DNA of 64,000 nucleotides from a virus (Duplodnaviria; Caudoviricetes): IMG/VR virus record IMGVR_UViG_2816332320_000003, positions 1 to 64,000 of that record; one strand, 5' to 3'. Shown piece by piece: positions 59,135 to 64,000 of this stretch (position 1 is its first letter; each line of letters starts with the position of its first letter). The notes under the pieces were generated by a model. It saw only the letters and a program-made list of their open reading frames with translations, ran no database searches and was not told where the DNA came from. The position numbers and the translations under genes were made by a program.

Positions 59135-59386
59135 TCAGATTCTTCCTTTAAATCGTTCAATTTCTTTACTTAATGATTGCTGCTGAAGTTGCATCTCTGC
59201 TAACTTCTCATTCGGATCTCGTAGCTGCCAATTGACTGCTCCCCATAGAAAACGACCTTCGTTTTGTGCTTGTTTCAGCTCACTTGGTGAAAACCATAGT
59301 CCCTGATAACTACAATAAAACCATAATTTTTTTGCCTCTGCCTCTTCAAACATTGGTTGCAATCCTGCATAAATATTTTCTTTGAT
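59135..59386 (-). CDS. hypothetical protein (probable ATC start)
   Basis: GGAGGG 6 nt before ATC 59386; between palindromes 59117 and 59410. Confidence 0.6.
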   Translation of the reverse strand: MKENIYAGLQPMFEEAEAKKLWFYCSYQGLWFSPSELKQAQNEGRFLWGAVNWQLRDPNEKLAEMQLQQQSLSKEIERFKGRI

Positions 59387-59423
59387 TTTAATCCCTCCAT
59401 TATTTTTAGATAAAAAGTATCTT

Positions 59424-59846
59424 TTATTGTTTCCTAAATTCGAAGAGCCGTTCATTCCTTTCAAGCTGTTTTATTTCATAACGATGCAACATTTCTAATC
59501 GCTTTTTCTTGTTCGGCTTTAACTCATTCGCATATTTCAAAATTAATTCTTGTTCTTCCTGCCTATGTCTTTTACTCATAACTGCTTTTTCATTCCGATA
59601 CTCTTTTTCCTTCTCGGCTGCATCACATATGCAACAATAACCTGTTACAGTGTAATCTTCCATTCTGTTTCTTAATCCAGACTGAATAGGATATGCTTGA
59701 TTGTAACAATAAGAACAATACTGACCGCCTTCAATCTTGAATGTGCTTGTAGGTTCAAGTTCCTCATGTGAACTGTCCCAAATCCACTTTCGCTCAATCT
59801 CACCGCCTGTGTATACCCATCTGTGATACTTGCTTGGTTTATCCAT
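59424..59846 (-). CDS. hypothetical Zn-binding protein
   Basis: CSYC..CCIC; between palindromes 59410 and 59866. Confidence 0.7.
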   Translation of the reverse strand: MDKPSKYHRWVYTGGEIERKWIWDSSHEELEPTSTFKIEGGQYCSYCYNQAYPIQSGLRNRMEDYTVTGYCCICDAAEKEKEYRNEKAVMSKRHRQEEQELILKYANELKPNKKKRLEMLHRYEIKQLERNERLFEFRKQ

Positions 59847-59879
59847 TTTTTTACCTCTTTTCTGAATAAAAGTATCTTT

Positions 59880-60377
59880 TTAATACGTTTCTCTTTTTGT
59901 TTCTATAGTGCAATTTAAGCCATCCACGCTAAAGGCTACTGCTAATGCATTCTCACTCCACCACTCTTTATGTATTTTTTCAGCTTCTGTTTTATCAAAA
60001 GTCTCATGTATTATGGTGGAATATCCATCTTCTCGCTTAACTACTTGATACATAGGCATATTTTTTTCTTTTCGTTTTTTAAGTTGGGCTTTGAGTGTTC
60101 TTGCTGCATTTTCTTCACTATAGTCGCAGAATCCCTTTTTCCAGTCCTTAATTACAGCATACTCATTCATTTCAAGATTCTGACCATTAAACTGAAGTTG
60201 CACATCTGTATCCTCAATTTCTCCTTCAGCAACCATTCTTCGAACATAAGAGATGATGTTTTCTGTAGATACGTTATACACACAATCTTGCTTATTTTTG
60301 AACCACAGTTTAGTTAACGCCTCAGCTTCAAAATCAGAGTAGGGATTTCCCTCGTGGCAATAGTTAATTGTGATCAA
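59880..60377 (-). CDS. hypothetical protein
   Basis: 165 aa ORF; stop in palindrome arm. Confidence 0.7.
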   Translation of the reverse strand: MITINYCHEGNPYSDFEAEALTKLWFKNKQDCVYNVSTENIISYVRRMVAEGEIEDTDVQLQFNGQNLEMNEYAVIKDWKKGFCDYSEENAARTLKAQLKKRKEKNMPMYQVVKREDGYSTIIHETFDKTEAEKIHKEWWSENALAVAFSVDGLNCTIETKRETY

Positions 60378-60561
60378 CTATTTTCTCTTCCTTTCATGTA
60401 AACTTTGTACTCCTCTTCCACTATATTAATCAATTGATCTAACTCATCTTGTGAAAGTGAGTATTGTGGAAGTCCTTCTTGGGCGATTCTTTTATGTACT
60501 CTCTCCATTAAGCAATTTGGATGATTGGTACTCATTTACATCCCCTATTCGAAAAAACATC

Positions 60562-60795
60562 TCATTTGCTTTGAACTTGTGGTTTTTCTAGCTTACGTTC
60601 ATTAAATTCAATAGCCTTGATAATGTTCCTAGACTGCGCTTTTAGATTTTGAACATGTGCGTTTATTCTTTCATTTCCGAATGGCGTTCGTTTTTGATTT
60701 GCCAGCTCAATTTTAGTTAAGATTTTTGTCAATTCTATCCTTAGTCCAGTAATTTTACTTCTGATCTTACTCTCCTTATTAATCATAATCACCAT
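60562..60795 (-). CDS. basic coiled-coil hypothetical protein
   Basis: AAGGTG RBS directly after palindrome 60806. Confidence 0.6.
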   Translation of the reverse strand: MVIMINKESKIRSKITGLRIELTKILTKIELANQKRTPFGNERINAHVQNLKAQSRNIIKAIEFNERKLEKPQVQSK

Positions 60796-60861
60796 CACCT
60801 TTCTGATAAAATGCACATTTTGTTTATGTAATTTCTCCGCATCTCATGTTCGTCTGATTAC

Positions 60862-60910
60862 AGAATACAACACAAAATCACATATGTCTATCATTTATTT
60901 TAAGTTATTA
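60862..60910 (-). promoter_or_regulatory. promoter with overlapping 22-bp motif (60889-60910)
   Basis: TAGACA-N17-TATTCT; motif identical to 8819-8840. Confidence 0.65.
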
Positions 60911-60921
60911 TATTTTACTTT

Positions 60922-60945
60922 AACCACCCATTCTCATGAGTGGTT
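60922..60945 (-). terminator. stem-loop downstream of peptide gene
   Basis: AACCACTCAT-GAGA-ATGGGTGGTT; no clear U tail. Confidence 0.4.
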
Positions 60946-61025
60946 GCTTCTAGCTGTTCGTATATAATTCGATATTTGACTCAATAAAATTGTTAATTAA
61001 CTGAGGTATTCAAGTTGCTTATTGT

Positions 61026-61142
61026 TTACCATTCAGTGTCTACGTTCGTGGTTACATTATTGTCTTTATTGAACGGCAGTGTTGGAGTTACAGTTCCAGT
61101 GATAAAAAGAGCAAAAGCTAATAAAGACAGAAATTTCTTCAT
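61026..61142 (-). CDS. secreted signalling pro-peptide (38 aa) for the RRNPP receptor
   Basis: AAGGAGG RBS; MKKFLSLLAFALFITGTVTPTLPFNKDNNVTTNVDTEW; not in ORF track. Confidence 0.8.
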   Translation of the reverse strand: MKKFLSLLAFALFITGTVTPTLPFNKDNNVTTNVDTEW

Positions 61143-61166
61143 ATGAAATCCCTCCTTATTTATTTA

Positions 61167-62408
61167 TTAACAATTGTACCAGAGATTCTCAATTATTTCC
61201 ATATGTTCAAATGATAGATGTTGTTTCTTTGTTCTATGGTAATTCAGGAATAAGCAAATACATTCACCCATCTTATCCTTAACGCCCAATCTTCGATAGT
61301 AGTGAATACTTTCAATAAGACTATTAAGCCCTTCTTCATCTTGCCCCATCCTCAACAGACAAGCTCCTTTTCTCTGGTAGTATGTCGCTGTACTTTTAAT
61401 TCTATTTGGGTGGTTGTCTATAGAAATAAACATTTCTTCTGTCTCTATCAATTGTTTTATCAAATCGTCTCTGTCAATCTCTAAATACACGTCCAATAGA
61501 TCGCTAACAATACTAATGCGCCTAATTTGCTCTGCTTCCTCTAATAGTTCTTTATAAAGCTGTATCGATTTATCAAATTCCCCCTTTTTAGCCGAAAGAA
61601 CCGCGAGGCAATGTTTTTTGCGATAATCTGCATATTGACTGTTCGCATATTCTTCAAAGAAATAGTTTGCTAGGATGAGGTCACCCAAGAGCACGTATGA
61701 ATTGAATAATGCTAATAAAGCAGATGCCCTAAAAATGCTGTCAGTCTGATCTTCATGTATCCCTTTGCGACAAAGTTCTATACAATCAACTGGATATCCC
61801 AAGATATCAGCATGCGCCCCCATTCGATAATAAAAAGAAATGCGCTCAGACGGAAGTAGTGACTCTATGTAATGAAGCAGCTCTTTCCCTCTATGATAAG
61901 TCTCTTTGAAGCGTGTAAAATCGTCTCTCTCAAACATGTAACGTTCAAATATCCCCTTGGCTAAATAATGGGGAACGCCTTGCTTTCGCGTATAATCAAT
62001 TATAGTGTCATAGATTGGAAACTTAGTTTGGTCATCTTCCACAACATTTACTATCTGAAACAGATAATCTAAGGCTAAGAAGGTATCTAATCTTGGAGTC
62101 TCAAGTAGCCTATTAGCGCATTTTTGCACAAGTGTAGGACTCTTAGTACTTATAGCCTCTTGTAACAAGAATTTTAAGGATTCTGGACGTTCAGTATGAT
62201 TTAGACACGAGTTAATAGTTATAGAGTAAGGTATATCTAATGTGTTTGCTACTTTCTTGCACGTATTAAAAGAAGGGCGTTTTGTCTCGCCAGATTCAAT
62301 TTTTGCTAGTGAACTTCTACAAATACCTGTTAACTCAGCTAATTTTCCAATCGAGATATTCTTTTCTATTCTGTATCTATTCTGAATATCCCCAAACGAG
62401 TTGAACAT
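61167..62408 (-). CDS. RRNPP-type regulator (XRE HTH + TPR repeats)
   Basis: N-terminal HTH (LAELTGI.RSSL.KIESG..KRP) then helical TPR-like repeats; followed by peptide gene; RBS before ATG 62408. Confidence 0.8.
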   Translation of the reverse strand: MFNSFGDIQNRYRIEKNISIGKLAELTGICRSSLAKIESGETKRPSFNTCKKVANTLDIPYSITINSCLNHTERPESLKFLLQEAISTKSPTLVQKCANRLLETPRLDTFLALDYLFQIVNVVEDDQTKFPIYDTIIDYTRKQGVPHYLAKGIFERYMFERDDFTRFKETYHRGKELLHYIESLLPSERISFYYRMGAHADILGYPVDCIELCRKGIHEDQTDSIFRASALLALFNSYVLLGDLILANYFFEEYANSQYADYRKKHCLAVLSAKKGEFDKSIQLYKELLEEAEQIRRISIVSDLLDVYLEIDRDDLIKQLIETEEMFISIDNHPNRIKSTATYYQRKGACLLRMGQDEEGLNSLIESIHYYRRLGVKDKMGECICLFLNYHRTKKQHLSFEHMEIIENLWYNC

Positions 62409-62505
62409 GTCAACATCCCCTATTTTTATTAGATACACGGTAATATCAGGGCTAATTTGAAGCGTGAGAATTATACTCGCCACACTTTTCATAGCCCTTT
62501 TATTT

Positions 62506-63129
62506 TTACCGTATTTTATGGACTTCCAGCAATTTAGCTTCTAATTGCTTGTAGAAGCTTAATTGCCTTTCTATGAATTTCTGGCTATTTGATTCAATTT
62601 CTTTGCTGTTTGGCGCTGTATCAACGAAGTTTACTAACACAATGTATCCTTCCATTGTAATTAGATATTCATTTAGGTAGGGTCGAGGAACATCTTTATG
62701 ACTATCTATGATGTTTGGGTCATCATTCGGAGATATTTCATTTATTGTAACAAACTGTTTCTTTCTACTTTCTGGGAAATAGATAAAATTTATCTTCACA
62801 AAAAAATTTGAATCCTTGTCTTTGTAGTAAGTTTCATATCTAATTGGGAAAGATACACTATCATTTAGAACATCAGCTTCTCGGGAATCAATCTTGTTTT
62901 CTGGAAAGGACGTTGTCTTAATAGTTAAATATTCAGGCGAAATACTCAAGAAGTTCTCTGGTTTAAAAGCTGTCTTGAAGGATTTGAATTCCTCCTTAAA
63001 TGCATCGTAAGATAGAGGAACTGATTCCTTGTGTTCGGAAGTAACAGTGTTGACCTTATTTTCTGAATTACATCCGATCATAAGAATTGCAACCGCTACA
63101 AGAGACACGAATAACCTTCTCATTTTCAT
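62506..63129 (-). CDS. lipoprotein
   Basis: MKMRRLFVSLVAVAILMIG-C lipobox. Confidence 0.75.
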   Translation of the reverse strand: MKMRRLFVSLVAVAILMIGCNSENKVNTVTSEHKESVPLSYDAFKEEFKSFKTAFKPENFLSISPEYLTIKTTSFPENKIDSREADVLNDSVSFPIRYETYYKDKDSNFFVKINFIYFPESRKKQFVTINEISPNDDPNIIDSHKDVPRPYLNEYLITMEGYIVLVNFVDTAPNSKEIESNSQKFIERQLSFYKQLEAKLLEVHKIR

Positions 63130-63147
63130 GCAACTTCGCTCCAATCA

Positions 63148-63172
63148 AAAGAAGGGTCTAAGACCCCTCTTT
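63148..63172 (-). terminator. intrinsic terminator
   Basis: AAAGAGGGGTC-TTA-GACCCTTCTTTT on minus strand. Confidence 0.65.
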
Positions 63173-63201
63173 ATGGCAATTTCATACCATTATTTATATG
63201 C

Positions 63202-63840
63202 TTATTCTTCCCAAGCGTCACTGTGGACATTAACATAATCTGACTCATACACAGTTGCATTTATTGGCGTTTCTTTGTACGTTCGCTTGGTAGGGTTGGC
63301 GGTATAATAAGTATATGTTTTTAATACTCCTTTTGAAGTTTGACCCCTGTACCAAAATCCAATGAACCCTTTTTTCTTAGGACTTACTTCAAAGGAACCT
63401 TCTGCGCCAACCGCCTCATTCCTAGTACGAGAATCTTTGTATTCTGCTCCGACCGAGGCTTCTATGTCTGCAAGAATGCCCGCTTTAATTGAACCTGTGA
63501 ATTGAATGTTACCTGACCACTCAGAGCCTTGTGATTCTGACTTTGATACAGAGACTTTCATAGTGTATGGCTTGACATTTCTTCTATTGTCATGACTAAA
63601 CACTGCAATCTGTCGAAACTTATCTACCTCTATAAACTTGTTATGGTCGTACCCATCGAAAATTGGCCCAACAATCACATCATTTGGTGTATTAATACCT
63701 TGAGGTTTGGATTTTTCTGGATTACCCTTATGAACATCTGGTGTTGCAGGAGCAATTATTACAGACGTACTACTTGCATTTGCTACACTTGGCACAACAA
63801 GCAATAATGAAACTAACAATGCACCAACCCGTTTATTCAT
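63202..63840 (-). CDS. secreted protein with aerolysin/ETX-MTX2-like beta-hairpin character
   Basis: Sec signal ending ANA; Ser/Thr-rich strands flanking amphipathic hairpin, then V.PKK. Confidence 0.55.
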   Translation of the reverse strand: MNKRVGALLVSLLLVVPSVANASSTSVIIAPATPDVHKGNPEKSKPQGINTPNDVIVGPIFDGYDHNKFIEVDKFRQIAVFSHDNRRNVKPYTMKVSVSKSESQGSEWSGNIQFTGSIKAGILADIEASVGAEYKDSRTRNEAVGAEGSFEVSPKKKGFIGFWYRGQTSKGVLKTYTYYTANPTKRTYKETPINATVYESDYVNVHSDAWEE

Positions 63841-64000
63841 TACCATACCTCCAAAATCAAAGTTACTTACATTTTTTAGTATATTATGTATCTTTTGTTT
63901 GTTCAAGGCAATTTTTGGAATTTCAGTTGATTTGATAGTAACATTTGAGATTGTAACTTTCAAGTTTTTAATAAAATGAATGTTATATAGGTGTTATCTA

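Larger units (their letters stand above)
2886..63988. repeat. Dispersed 18-bp interrupted palindrome ATnAAA-N6-TTTnAT at accessory gene boundaries (43 copies with 0-1 mismatch found by eye)
   Basis: Perfect copies start at 2886, 4284, 7106, 10246, 13354, 13744, 14039, 20457, 20669, 22869, 24359, 25334, 29367, 32274, 34562, 34749, 45050, 46846, 47009, 48153, 48451, 50024, 55452, 55711, 59410. One mismatch at 7399, 8000, 11449, 26684, 29151, 32532, 32841, 44139, 48790, 53336, 54252, 56109, 56943, 57785, 59117, 59866, 60806, 63971. Weaker at 1578, 28552, 28939, 30862, 33923. Confidence 0.9.
1..64000 (-). mobile_element. SPbeta-like large temperate phage/prophage early and replication region (partial)
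   Basis: Co-oriented dense small ORFs; yorF/G/H/I/J-like replication order; YosL-like gene before nrdI-nrdE-nrdF; opposite-strand ligase; no structural genes or integrase in window. Confidence 0.85.

Noticed and set aside
60820-61025. AimX-like ORF after the peptide gene
   Set aside because: No RBS-led ORF or MazE-like sequence found; a non-coding RNA cannot be excluded
674-63935. Numerous plus-strand ORFs in the track (e.g. 37591-38136, 45080-45733, 57047-57457)
   Set aside because: Antisense shadows of minus-strand genes with no RBS or protein-like motifs; only 19950-20393 and 29749-30600 are credible
2886-63988. Palindromes as host dif/XerCD sites, terminators or a stop-codon artefact
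   Set aside because: Arms do not resemble the 11-bp dif arms; A/T-only 6-bp stems are too weak for terminators; a stop codon explains only 3 bases of one arm, not the second arm at a fixed 6-bp spacing
1-64000. tRNA, rRNA, integrase or att sites
   Set aside because: None recognisable by eye; tRNAscan-SE and flanking sequence would be needed

Overview
This window is an AT-rich, almost entirely minus-strand early/replication region of a large SPbeta-like temperate phage or prophage of a Bacillota host (inferred from gene order). It has two conserved core blocks. The first is nucleotide metabolism: YosL-like, nrdI-nrdE-nrdF, thioredoxin, NUDIX, thyA-dfr, tdk and dNMP kinase. The second is replication: putative SSB, AAA ATPase, DnaB helicase, primase, PD-(D/E)XK exonuclease and a family B DNA polymerase. 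RecU and an ATP-dependent ligase are also present. Around these blocks lie roughly 80 small accessory genes. The main unexplained structure is an 18-bp interrupted palindrome, ATnAAA-N6-TTTnAT. By eye I found 25 perfect and 18 single-mismatch copies, almost all exactly at accessory-gene boundaries: one arm supplies or abuts the upstream stop codon and the next RBS follows the other arm. I found none inside the core operons. This looks like an integron-like gene-cassette architecture in a phage; no recombinase is in the window. Cassette cargo includes an OLD nuclease, a DUF6884/TGT-like/queuosine-precursor-transporter module, an APOBEC-like deaminase with an eCIS-type leader, a TnpB with no IS left end, an RRNPP receptor with an unannotated signalling peptide, and a beta-pore-toxin-like secreted protein with a lipoprotein. 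A second 22-bp motif marks five promoters, and tandem NrdR boxes mark another. All functional calls come from motif recognition only, with no database searches.
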